A stretch of DNA of 63,921 nucleotides, filler included, from Licmophora abbreviata (Eukaryota), in the NCBI GenBank assembly GCA_900291995.1. It is 11 parts of 11 records of this genome, joined end to end, with 100 filler letters (N's around TTAATTAATTAA, not from the genome) between each part and the next. Parts side by side here need not be neighbours in the genome. Positions count along the whole stretch, not along the records: positions 21,187 to 35,865 come from OLMU01003260.1; 10 more parts are not named here. One strand, written 5' to 3'. Positions 22,396 to 34,600 of the stretch are shown here, piece by piece (the first letter of the stretch is position 1; each line of letters opens with the position of its first letter). Both the position numbers and the translations under genes were made by a program. A model generated the notes under the pieces. The model had not been told where the DNA came from. It made no database searches and saw only the letters and a program-made list of their open reading frames with translations.

Positions 22396-25218
22396 CTATT
22401 GCTTAGCAGCGTCCTTGAACTTGGCATTCCGCTGCATCCTCTGGATTATGCGATCCTGCGCCTGGACGTTGCCCTTCAGTATTGAATCTGGAGATAGCTC
22501 GCCATCACCGTGAGATGGCTGATCGTTGGCTTGAAACTGCGAGTACAGCGATTTGGCTGCCATGGAGTAGGCAACCTTGTCGGGGTCGTGCACGCCGAAT
22601 AATTCGAGAGGATGATTCAGTTCATTCCACATGCGTCGCTCTATCGGCGTAATGTCAAATTCTCCAGTGGTGTCCAACTCGTCGGATTCAAGCATCACAA
22701 TACGCAACCTTGTTCGAGTAGGCACGTTATCTTGAATGCCCTGATACAGCCCTTTGCCGTCGTCCGTTGATAATCGGCGATCTAACCAGATGTCGATAGA
22801 GCCCTCTTCCAGTGAAGCCGTTCCCTGTGCGTGTTCACTCAACACGGTGAAGCGTGTCCTGTCGTCCTGAATTGAAGCCATTGTTGGCATAGGGAAGACC
22901 TGGCTCTGCAGTGGCAAGTCCTTTCGGAACCGGTGGGTATCAAAGTTGAACCCATTGAGGTCTGTGTGAAACACACCTTGGTTGGTGACATTTGACGAGA
23001 AACGGACAAACCACTCCTCGTTCTTGTTCTGCAGGAACGTCTCGTACACGAAATCGAGAACTCTAGCCTTGTTTCCGAACTCGTTCGACAGTGATCGTTC
23101 GACAATTGTTCTTTTCCAGTGCGGAGTCGAAACAACGAGCCCGCCTTGATTGATCTTCAGATCTGTTTCCGAGTACGAAGTCAAAACATCGGGGAAGAAG
23201 AGATAGGCACCGCCTTTCTTAACCTTCCAAACCATCCATTGCTCCTGAATAGGGAAGATCATCTGCCCTGTCTTTTCATCAAACTTAACATTCGAAGAAA
23301 CACCCGGTGTCTCACATGGCAGCATCACCTTCTCCATTGTGTGGCCAGGTACCTTGACATTGGCACAGTACTGTGGAGTCTCGAGAGGGTTGTAGGCGTA
23401 CGCAGACGCCGTTTCGCTACATACGTTTTGACGAAGACCTCGCGGTTCATCCGTCTGCAAGCAAGGCTTGAAGTCCATGTCGTCAGGCCTGAGTTTCTTG
23501 ACCATCCAAGCTTCAGCCTCCACTATTGCATTGTGAATTCGAGCGCTATAATCTCGAACGACGTGATCCTTTGCAGTACCTGTGACTCCATCGTGATGTT
23601 GGAATAGACTCAGCGCCCGCCGTGGTGCTTGAAGTTCCTCCTTGGTTGCGCCCAAGCTACTTGCTGCGAACAGAGCACGCTCCAACTCACGATCGAGCGC
23701 CTTGTCGAATACTCTCGATGTAAAGTATCCACTCCAATAATCCTCTGACACATCGGCGTAGGTGAAAAATGAACCCGAGAGAACGGGCACGCTCTCGATT
23801 TGCCCAATGGCGGACTCAAAATAGTCGCTCAGCGTTCCAAACTGCATCTTGACGCCTGGAACGTTGGCATTGATGTAGTCCATAATCTGCTGGTAGTTCA
23901 GGTACTGCGCTTCAGCCTCACTAATGGTTCGCCACATAAAGTCACCTCCCAGTGGAGCAATCACGGTGTTGCTTCGATACACGGCAGCCTTCTTCATATA
24001 CTGGTCAAGCAGTAGTAGCGATCGCTCCTGAACGTTCGACGCAGTAATGAGCTTAGGTTGCTTTTTCCACGGACACGCCCCAACATGTGAGATGCGGGAA
24101 AAGTCAAACTGGCAACAGACCGATGGATCGGGGCCGCACGTGTCTGGAAGACGTGCATGAGATAGAGGCAGATAGAGTTGAGCATAGTCAGCATAGTCAG
24201 CTATCGTCTCAAAGCGCAAGCTACACTCCTTCCAACAAACACACACAGTCTCTGATTACTCACGCGGCACATCATAGCAGAAGTAAGCATTTAGGTGTGT
24301 AAAAATGTCGTGCTCTGCTGTTTCTTGATCCCACGTTTGACGCCACTGGAACTCCAGATGTTTGCGTTTCGCCAGTTCCTTCTTGACGGCATAGTGGACT
24401 CGCTGGATGTACATGGCCTTGAAGCCATACTTGTGCAACAAATAAGCCATTGTGGGAGAATGCCCAAAAGGGTCGACAGCCCAGCCGTATTTGGGGATCG
24501 CTTCATCTCCAAAGTTCTTCCGAATAAAGTCATGTCCCTCCTGCAATTGCACTTCCATGGCATAGAGCTCAGTCGTGGCTTCGTCCGGTTGCACCCATCC
24601 GCCCGTTACGAACTGAAGCTGCTTGGTATCAAGGATTAGACTGCGGGTCAGCTCTTGCCGCGTAGCAGACTGTTCGCGCCACCACCACTCAAAGTAGGAT
24701 ATTTCGGCCCAAATAAAGGTGCGCCGTGTGTCGTTGAGGAGTGAATCCACCACAGTATCCAGTATACCTTTGGTTTGCGACTGAAAGTACTCGTCGAACG
24801 TCTTGAGCCATCCTGGGTCGCAGTGGGAGTGAGGAACGACGAAGATAGTGAGAGGGTGGGTCTCATTGACGGTTCGGGGCTGGACGTCCCACCCCTGTGT
24901 CCAGACGCCGCCGTTTGGATTGTCAAATGGCAGCGTGTAGGACAGTTCTCGCATGTCAATAAACTCCTCCTTTGCGTAATCGTTGAAGATACGAGATCGG
25001 CTGTGATCATGGTGTGGAGGGGAGAGTGCCAGAAGATTGACTGCCTCTTGTAAGGTTCCAGAGTGCATGATGTGCATAGGCAGGAGGACCCAGACAATGA
25101 CGGAAAGAAATAGCACCCCCGGAGCCAGGAGTCGCGCTCCGGGCCATAATTGCCATGATGCTGACCGGTTGCTTCCTCCCAAGACTTGCACTTTTCTTCG
25201 GGCAGAAGACCTTCTCAT
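22396..25218 (-). CDS. Golgi alpha-mannosidase II-like (GH38), type II membrane protein; exons 25218-24264 and 24143-22396
   Basis: N-terminal TM; VVPHSHCDPGW; WAVDPFGHS nucleophile motif; spliced YDVPHTCGPDP; YWSGYFTSR; LFQHHDGVTGT. Confidence 0.93.
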
Positions 25219-25750
25219 GTTTAGTCGGTATCAAGCTCGCACACGTAAGGTGGTGATGGAGGTGGCTACAGGCGCGATGCTGACGGCTCTCCCATTTCAA
25301 TGTTATGTGTGTGGTTCGTCTAGATAGGCCATTTTCTATTTTCGTGAGAGTTTCGAAGTTGCAAAAACCGCGCCCATCTTTTCGTCGCGCGAGTCGACCA
25401 ATTATATAGTCTACGGCACTGCATATACTTAAAAATAAGCATTTGTTTAGTCATATGTTCAATACGAAAATATATTCAATTCACTTATTCCAAGAAGTCT
25501 CCGTAAAAAATAAGGGCTAAAAAAGTAACCCGCGCGTGAACCGAGCCACCTGATTGATGGTGCTTACCGGTAGACCCTAGGCAGTATTATGCTTGGTATC
25601 CCCTGGTACTCGTACTTGTGGCACAGTGTTCCTCGCAGTTTACGAGGTCATCTGAGGAGAGCTGTACACTAGCTAGAGTTAGGCAGCTCTAGTGCTTGAG
25701 CTTTCATTGAGATGTTGTGACAACCGCCACCAGGTTGTCCGTCCGACACA

Positions 25751-26548
25751 TTACTTCCAAACATTATGAACATCGGCCGGAAGTGTAACTTCTAGAGTGC
25801 CTTTCTCACCAGCAGCATCATCCTTCGATAGTGCCAGCAACGCCTCGTTCAGTCGCACTTGACATCCCAATCTCGAGTTCTCTTGAGGTTGATAGGCCAA
25901 ATCCAGCATGTCCATTTCTGCTGTTGACGGAGGCTCCAGTGCTTTCATCATGTCATCACTACCAATATACACATGGCAGGAGCAGCACGCCATGGTTCCT
26001 CCGCATGTGCCCTCCATGTACTCGGACAGTAAATCAGCCTTGCGTCTGGACAGCTCGAGGATTGACTCATGCTCGCGCCAATTCAATTGATACTGTGTCG
26101 AGTGATGCGGGATTTGGATCGTAATTTTGCGTTTTTGGAGCTTTGCATCCGAGACGGGGTAGGTTTGTTGTAAAGATTCCACTAGAGCTTCCAATCCCTC
26201 CTTTCCAAAGGACTTCAAGTGCTTTGCAGTCAGTGGTTTGCCATAGACTGGTTCCAAAGCACCGACAATCATCCCATGCCACCTCTCGTCAATGTGCTGC
26301 CTACTGAGAAATCGAGAAAGGAAAGGATCAAGAGAAGAAGAAGACTTCGATTCTTCTTGTGTAGACGAGGGAGAGGTAGACGAGAAGACTCGCTGGTTTG
26401 TCTGTTGGCGGATGAATAGGAACAATTTGGAAGAGAGGGATGTTCGATTGGTAACATTCTTCCAAGAGGCGCACCAGAAGCTCAATCTTCCTCTTCCCTG
26501 CCGATACCTCGTGAGGTTCAGCAAACTCGAGGCACCTGAGACGCTCAT
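25751..26548 (-). CDS. Adrenodoxin-type [2Fe-2S] ferredoxin with long N-terminal extension (probably mitochondrial)
   Basis: MEGTCGGTMACCSCHVY...EMDMLDLA...SRLGCQV; R/S-rich presequence-like N-terminus from ATG 26548. Confidence 0.88.
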   Translation of the reverse strand: MSVSGASSLLNLTRYRQGRGRLSFWCASWKNVTNRTSLSSKLFLFIRQQTNQRVFSSTSPSSTQEESKSSSSLDPFLSRFLSRQHIDERWHGMIVGALEPVYGKPLTAKHLKSFGKEGLEALVESLQQTYPVSDAKLQKRKITIQIPHHSTQYQLNWREHESILELSRRKADLLSEYMEGTCGGTMACCSCHVYIGSDDMMKALEPPSTAEMDMLDLAYQPQENSRLGCQVRLNEALLALSKDDAAGEKGTLEVTLPADVHNVWK

Positions 26549-26949
26549 GGTGGGTTCAAGACCTTGGAACCAGTCACGGTACACAAATACTGTCGACCAT
26601 GGTCCAGAAGTTCCGGCGTCCGCATTCTGCTCTGTGTGTCTGTGTGTTCTTGACCGCGAGCTCGCTCGCTCGGGTGTTCGTACTGGTGTTCGCATTGTTG
26701 CCTCGTGCGAGATCTGGAATTGCATGAAATCTTCGAATCTGTAGAATTCTTTCTGAAAAAATGTATGATCTCACTTTTCTTTAGAAAAAATGCAAATTTG
26801 CGTAGAACTCAGTACGAGCTCTACGCAGCTACATTCCGAACTCATGAAAGTTGCGTGCAATGCGAGACGAGTCATTGCGTTTGTGCTCATGGTGCTGTTG
26901 CCGTTGGGATCGTTCTTCTTGCTCTCTTGTCACTTTACCTGGTAGAACC

Positions 26950-28795
26950 ATGACTTCTGCTCCTCAAGCGGCAGACGATTCGGATCTGGAGGATCTGCTA
27001 GGCGCCACCAGAGCGAATAAGCACATCGAGACGGCCCCGTTGAACCTCGATCACCTCACCAAGGGTCACCTCGACGTGTCTCCCCGCAACGCGTATCGAG
27101 GCAGCGTATTTGACGCCTTTGCCAATCTGATCCAGGGCTACTGCTCCTATCTCTGCTATGCGCATCCCGTGGTTTGTAGCTGTACTGTCATTATGGGGGT
27201 CATCCTGTGCATGTTCATGCTCGCCAACGTCTTGTTCAACCCCTCCGAAACCTTTGGAGTCATTCGAAACGATTACAGCGCCATTCAGTCTCAGTATGAC
27301 TTGACTCTGGGAAAAATCGACCATTGGTGTATCAAGGGTGACAACGACTCGTGCCGCTGCGAAGATCCTTTGGTACCGACCAGCAGAGGTGAATACAAGA
27401 CCTGGATCACGGCCCACAAGGCCAACAAGCAGCTCGTGGAACCTTGGCGTGATTCGGACATGTTGGATGTGGCCTTTGTGGGAGAGTCGATTGTCGAAGC
27501 CATGGATGGACGTTGGATGGGACAGACACATACGGACCAGTTGACTACTATGCGGAAGATCTTCAAGAAGCGCTTCACCAGGGAAAAGGGCGGAGTGAAT
27601 GGCGTGGCTCTGGGTATTGCCGGAGATACGGTAAGTCGTACTCACTGTACTGTCTGCCGAGAAAGGTGTGCGGTGCAGGTGCGAAGTCACATCTCCTTCA
27701 CGTACGCTCATACCTATACTCCTTGCTATCGTCTCCTTCCAGTCTCCCAACATTCTATGGAGATTGCTTCACGGAGAAATGCCCGACGATTTCAATCCTT
27801 CCGTTTGGTGGATTAGTCTCGGCATGAACGACCTGGGACGCATGCAGTGCAGCGAGGAGGTGGTGGTGATGGGAGTGTTGCGTGTGGTAGAAGAGATTCT
27901 CACCAAAAAGCCCAAGGCGAAGATTGTCATCAACAGTCTGTTCCCCATGGCGGACCTGCGCGGCGGCGTTTACCCACATGTGGAGGACTACCGTGAAGCA
28001 TTCCGTCCTTTCAAAGGGAAACAAGGAAAGCAGGTGCCTGTGTCGCATGTTGCACGTGGAAATAGTTTGTCGAAAAAAGAAAACGGGGACGTGGGTGTTC
28101 CCGCCGTCACTGCGATTAAAAAAGCCAAGGTGGACGACGGCCGTGGTACTGCAGCAAAAACCAAGCCCGACCAGAGGCTCTTGAAGAAGCGCAAGAAAGG
28201 GGCCGAACAGCACAGCTCGGATGAAGAAGAGCCAAACAACACTGTTGGGAAGAAGAAACTGCTCCGCAAAATTCCCACGCGCAAGTTCCACCCCAAGATT
28301 GACTCTGAAAAGACTCACATTCGCAAGTTCAATCCCAAGAAGGGATTCATGAGGCAGAATCGACTGCCGCTCTGGACTTCCATCACGGCCATAAATCGTG
28401 AGCTGCGCAAATTCTGCCAGAATCAGGCCCGGGTGTCGTTCTTCGACGCGAGTTCTCTCTTTGTCGAGAGGGACGAAGGAAGCAAATTCGTCTTGTTGAA
28501 TGAGCGCGTTAGCGCCCGTGGTCATCCGACGGAGGAAGGATTTACGGTATGGGAAGATGCGATTTTGGAGCAGATCCAAAAGGTGGCGGCCAAGATTCAG
28601 GCCGAAAAGAGTGAACAGCAGGCCGCTGCGGCGGCAGCAGCGGCAGCTGCGGCTGCAGATTCTGCTGGAAGCGATCCAACCTACACTGACGACTACGAAG
28701 ATGGAAGCGAATTCGATGCGACTGGCAGTGATCAAGAGCCTGCTTCTGTTTCTGAGAGCAGCGGCGCTAGTTCTTCGGAGGAAGGATCTGCCTAA
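26950..28795 (+). CDS. Membrane-anchored SGNH/GDSL hydrolase (PAF-acetylhydrolase-like); exons 26950-27630 and 27743-28795
   Basis: TM helix; AFVGESI, LGIAGDT|SPNILWRL, LGMNDL, RGHP blocks; GT-AG intron 27631-27742. Confidence 0.82.
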
Positions 28796-29260
28796 CGAAG
28801 GTGAACGATAAGCAAAGAGTATAGCGGAAGTCTATGTAACAGTGATGGCTGGTAGATGCGTTACTAGGAGTCTTTTTGTCGAAGAACTTGTTCATTATCT
28901 CCTCCCTGCATGTCACTTTATCCCTCTGTTTCTTGCTTTTCATCACGGTTCCTCTTGCAGCGCCGCTCTCTTTCCCCGTTACTATACCAGATATTGTCGT
29001 TGTCATGATCAAGTGAGACAAAGAGAGACGATGCTCGAGATTGTGAGCTTCATCTCGGTCATGGACCACGGTGGTGATTTTGAAAAGAAATTGAATGCGG
29101 TGGCCCATCGCGCTCTGTGAGATAGGAGCTCGTGGTCATATTGTTGTGACGTGATGCGCCGCCGGTCGCCATTCGGGCAGCGCTGTGTACATTGGATATT
29201 GAGCATCACGCTTCCAGTTCTGCGTCCCAATTTCTCTCGATCTAATTGCCGTCCATAACC

Positions 29261-31434
29261 ATGAACTGGGAAGAAAGCTCGTCTCCACCGTCTCCAATGG
29301 AAGGGTTCTCGGACGAGGAAGGAGACTCAAACGAAGCCGCTTTCGACGCGGTCGACTTTGAGATGGCACAATCGACTCCTTCGTCGGCGTCTCTTGACCC
29401 CCGCGAGCCTGATCATAGGAAGCAGCCGTCCGTGCCTTTCTTCGCCGATGCAACGCTAGACCTCTCTGAGGCACATGACATTGCAGAGACGCCAGAGCCG
29501 CAAAGACGGATCCTCGAACACCAAGAGTCGACTCATTTGATCGAATTGCCAAAATTGGGGAATACAGAAACTGGAGATTGGAATAAGAAAATGCATATGC
29601 AAGCGTCTGCTGCAACCTCCGAACCGGCGGGGACCCTCGCCGGTATTTCTACTATGTCTAGGATTACGAGCGCCGATGTGCCTCGCACGTCCAATGATGC
29701 CGTGTCCAGTACACCCACGTATCGTCCTCGGGTACCTAGACGGCCTCGAGACCTACCATGGGCTGTTGCTTGGCTCTTGCTAGTTCCAACGTCCCTGATT
29801 TGGACTTGCACCCTGCGAAGCAGCGATGACTCTACTCATCATGCTGACAGCCAAGTCGCCCTCTGCGTGTTCTACGCTTTGGTTTTGACCTACGGTGCCA
29901 CTATAGTGTTTGGCCGTCTCTTGTATCGAACTATGGGTGGCGGAGACGGTGACGATGCTCGGCATGTTGCCTCTCAGATAGTGCTGGCCTTTTGCCCTCT
30001 GGCTCTCATGGTGTATCCTCTCTTGATGCTGGTTATGTACTGGAAGGTCCCGGGCGTCCTCTGGAAGTATGGATGGATTCCATTGCTGGCTGGCATCCGT
30101 GAGGGCTTCTGGGCAGTTCAGCATTTCCGATCGCGACAGACGTTCTTTTCCGCGCTAATGTGCATGGCGCTTGATATTCTGTCTCGCTCACTGCGACGGC
30201 TTAGTTTTGCTCGAACTGTCGGACTTCTAATGGGCGTTCAGCTTGCAGTGGTTGTCTGGTGGAAGCTGGCTGTCTTCGGAGCGTGGAATAGTGGCCGAGT
30301 AGTTCCATTTATTGTCGCTCTGGTGGCTGGAAAATGGTTGACGGCAACGGTGACGCGCTTGTTGTCACTGCTCGCAGCGGGCGGTGTCGCCAGTTGGTTT
30401 GCGCAGCAAAGTCTCATGATGGAACAAATGGAACACATGAAAAAGTCACAGCAGCACGATGGTAGTGGGTCCGCAGGGAGTGTCTCGGACGATGCTTCCG
30501 CGGATTACGGTGTTGCTGGATACTCCGAAGTCATGCCTGAGTATCGGTCCGCTGCTGCGGCAGCGTATCAATCTGTCTTGGAGTTTGATGAGGGACAAGA
30601 CGATGACTTTGAGGAAGAAGACCAAACGGAATCTACCCAGCGTCCCACTGGAGAGTGGATGGGTGGCTCATCTACTGTCAAGTCGTTCCTGTTTTCTGGA
30701 TTGACAATTTCGTTTGGGTCTGTTGTTCAATGCGCTCTAGTCGGGGGGCTCGCACAGTTTGTTTGGAGTGTTGTTAGAAATGTCGACGGGGTATCCACTG
30801 CAGTATCCCAGAGAGTTGCTTCTTCGTCGTCAAGGTTTGGTTTCCGGGGGATGCAGATTGGCGCCGTGGATGGAACAGGTTTTGTCGGGAAGTTGGTTCA
30901 GTACGCCAGCGTCTGGGCCCGATCGTTCGTCCGCAGCCATTCTGACCTTGCCATGTCTCATGTAGCTGCCTACTACAAAAGTTATCAACGAGCTGCCAAC
31001 GATGTAGCCGTGCTGGTGGATTCTTCCGGTACGTTCGTGTTTCTGGTTGCTTTATATGTGAGTGTATGTCGCGCTCTTTTCTCACATTGAATGTGCCGAT
31101 ATCCTCGAAAGGCGTCGAGCCAATTATCCACGATGATATTACTACGCACCTATGTGGCTGCCTTTGTGCGTCCATTGCTGGCCTGGTGACCTCATTTGTC
31201 GGTATCATCTTGGCTCACCATCGATCACAGGAAACTAGCGACGATGTGTTTGTGCAGAGTATGATCTTGTCCTTTTTCTTCTGCTATTCGATGATGTTCA
31301 CCGTGATGGAGCCACTACGTGCAGCTATCAAGGCGGTGTATGTCTGCTTTGCTCAGCACCCGCAAAGTCTGAGCCAAGCCTTCCCTCTAATCTTCCACCG
31401 ACTTAGCCGAGTTTCAGAAGCCAACCTTGTATGA
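29261..31434 (+). CDS. Choline transporter-like (CTL/SLC44, Pns1) family membrane protein; exons 29261-31028 and 31112-31434
   Basis: RDLPWA, many TM helices, GGVASWF, TISFGSVVQCAL, HVAAYYKSYQRAA, AVYVCFAQHP; intron 31029-31111. Confidence 0.8.
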
Positions 31435-31615
31435 CATTCGATTGCGATGTGCACCGGCCAAATGGTCCGCGGGTTGCTACAGATGAGGGCAACCGTTTGG
31501 GGCTTGAAACTTCCTATGATGGCTTCCTAATTTCAGTAAACAGTCGCGAGATAGATACGCGTGAATCTATTTTTTGTTAATCCGAAGTTATGACGTCGTT
31601 GGTGAAGCTCACGAT

Positions 31616-34600
31616 TCAGAACTTTGGCCTGGAATTTGTGCTGGTGCTCGTGGATTCGTTGTCTTCGGACGGCATCTCTTCGCTTTCGTCTTTGCTTCGA
31701 GTACGTCGCTTCAGAAAGCGCAAACGACCTGGGCTCGATGGAGTCCGTCGAGGAGAGGCCGATTGAGCCGTTCGAGTCCGCTGCTTTGGCTCTAAAGAAG
31801 GCTGTCGCTGTCGCGACGTACTAGGAGGTCGCTCCGCCATCGGAGGCTTAGCTGACGTTGCCCGAACCGTAAAAGCCGCAAGCTCGTCTTGCAACTCGTT
31901 CACTCGCTCTTGCAAACCGGCAATTTCTTCTTCCAAGTGCCGAAATTCGATGCTTATCGTTCGTGGACTCCTTGCTAAGAGTTTCTGACTTTTCGAGTCG
32001 AGCGCGGAGCTTCTGGTTATCCTCGTGAAGCTGCGTGTTCCGCCATTTCACTTGTTCCAGACGCTCCTTGACGTCAGTCAATCGACTGTCGGAGCGCGGC
32101 TCAGATGTGGAGGAGGGAAAGGACGGCTGGTCCATTCCAGCCGATGCGATCCTGTCCTTCAACTTCGCGATTTCTAGCGTATTTGCTAGCCTTGCCTCCT
32201 CCAATTCCATCTTTACCGCGGTGATCTCGCGGTCTTTCAAGGTGATCTCGGCTGTTTTCTCTACAACCTCTTGCTGCATCTCTTCAATTTCAGCTCGACG
32301 TGTAACCGAATTGCGTGTCATGCTGGTCTGCAGTTGGTCCATCTCGGTCTTCATATTGTCGACGAGCTGCTCTTGCGCTCCCAACGTTTGTTCAAGCGCG
32401 AATATCTTGGTGTTCTTTAGCTCTAGCTTGGCTTCAAGCTCATCCTTGAGATCCGTATTCTCCATCTCGAGCTCCTTGATTCGATGCACCAAGTCTTCCA
32501 AATCTTCCGTGTTTCGGCCTTTCTCTTCCGTAAGCTCTTTTCTTAGCCCATCAATTGTCACGTCTTTGTCAAGCTTCAACAAGGACAGCTTTCTTTCGTA
32601 GGCATCAATAATTCCTTGCTCGGCCGACAGACGGCCACTTTCTGCCGTCGATAGGCGCTCCTTAATCTCTTCAATATTATTACGATCTTCTTGAAAAGCA
32701 GCAAGTTCCTTGTTCAGATCGTCCACGTCCTTTATCAGGACTTCCCGCTCTTCCTTGAGCTGCTCGAGCTCATCCGCGATTGCCAGCTCGTCACTTGCCA
32801 TCGCATCGCGCTCGTCCAGCTCACGGTGTAGATTATCAATTTCCGCTTCCAGTGATCTCACCTTATCATCGCTGCCATTGAAATTGTTCTTCAGAGTCAT
32901 GATTTCTTCCTCTCTAGCGTCTACCTTCTCTTCTAGAGACTTGACAGTTGACTCCTGCTGCTTACGTAAGGCTGTCAGTTCCTCTTTCAGACGTCGTTCA
33001 GCAACCTCTTTCTCAGAAATCGCATCCTCAAGTTGTCTTCGTGACGATGCATCTTCTTGCAATGACTTCCCTGCCTTATTTCGATATTCTTCCAGAGCCT
33101 GGCGTGCTTCGGCGACTTCAAGTTTGAGGTCGTCCAGACGATCAGCCTCGGCCTTCGCTTCACGCAGCTGTCGGCGTAGCACGCGAAGGTCGTCCCTCTG
33201 AGTGGCGTTCGCCTCCTGAACTTCGTCTAGCTCGGCTCGTAAAGCCTCGACTTCACTAGTGTTTACCTGGCGAGTAGTCATTTGTCTTCGAAGGGAGCCG
33301 AGCTCCTGGCTCAAGGACGCTATCTGTGCATCACGGTCTGCCAGATTCGTTCTCATGGATTCTGTTTCTTCATCTTGATCAATGATCTGTGCCGCAAAAA
33401 TTTCATTCTCCTTCTTCATTCGACGAAGATCGTCCATAGCTGCTCTAAGACTGGGGCTCGCTTTCGCTGTGATTCCTCTTTCCTCTAAAGATGCAATCTT
33501 CGATCTCAGGCTAGAAACGAGCTCTTCTTGGGACAATGACTGTTTCACAAGGTTCGCAATTGCAGCATCACGCTCCTGGATCTTCTCTTGGATATCCGAT
33601 CCTGTGTCGTCCTCCCTAGTGCTAGTAGCTCGCTTGACATCCACCTCCGCCCTGAAGACCTGTTTCCTTAACACTTTGATCTCGTCCCTTAGCTTCTGTT
33701 CGTTTGCCTTATGAGTCTCAGCCGTTATGCGAAGCTCTTCGATCCGAGTCGCATCACGAGCAACATCAACAGGATCGGTAGCATCTCCTGCAGTCGCGCC
33801 TGCACTTGCGACGAGAGCTTTTGCGGCGTCAAGCTCATTACGCAGCCCCTTAAGTTTGTGCTCTTCGGCAATCGATGATCTCACAAGAGTTGAGATTGTG
33901 GTGTCACGATCTTCTAGTTTTTCCCTGAGCATTCGTTCCCTGTCGTCTGCTATCTGGCGGGAGGAAGCAAGCTGGTTGGAAAGTCTTTTCTCGGCATCTT
34001 TCGCGGACACGAATTCTTTGTAGAGAACTTCGTCGACCTTGTCACCGCTTGACTTCGTAAGTAAGAGGGCCAGTGACGAGTTCTTTTCTTCCACTTCAGC
34101 GTTCAGCCTTTCGACCTCTGCTGTCAGCTCAATAGTGCCTGCAAAGTCCACGGCCGGGGCGTCCGCAGCTACCAGCTTTGTCCGATACTGTCGATCCACC
34201 TCCGCTTTCTCCTCCTCAAGCGTGGAGACTTTCGTTACATAGGTCTCTTCCATGCGATTCTTTTCGTCGTCAAGCGCAACGAGAGCAAGCTGAGCCTCTC
34301 GGAGCTGCTTCTTCGTTCGATGATGAGCTGCGTTCTTGCCCTCAAGGTGTTTGACTTTATCTCTAAGCTTCCTTAGTTCGTCCCCGCTCTCCGTCAATCG
34401 CAATTTTTCTTTCACCTCATCAAGCTCTTGTACTTTCTCTTCTAGCAAGATTCCCACCTTTTCAAGCTCTGACCGTTTCTCAAGCTCTAAGTCATCTAGC
34501 TTCGATTCAAAAGATCTCTCCAAGTCGACGCGTTCTTTGGTAGTACTGGAGACAATGTCACGGATTCTCTGCAAGGAACGAGAACCGTCACCACTTCCTG

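Noticed and set aside
25400..25440. GCATATACTTAAAAAT resembling the U6 snRNA 5' region
   Set aside because: No downstream ACAGAGA box or other U6 features
26998..28735. Long antisense ORFs (251 and 326 aa)
   Set aside because: Shadow frames of the SGNH gene with no protein-like motifs
3635..31937. Genome-wide programmed frameshifting system
   Set aside because: The three sites differ in direction and context and share no motif; assembly indels are more parsimonious
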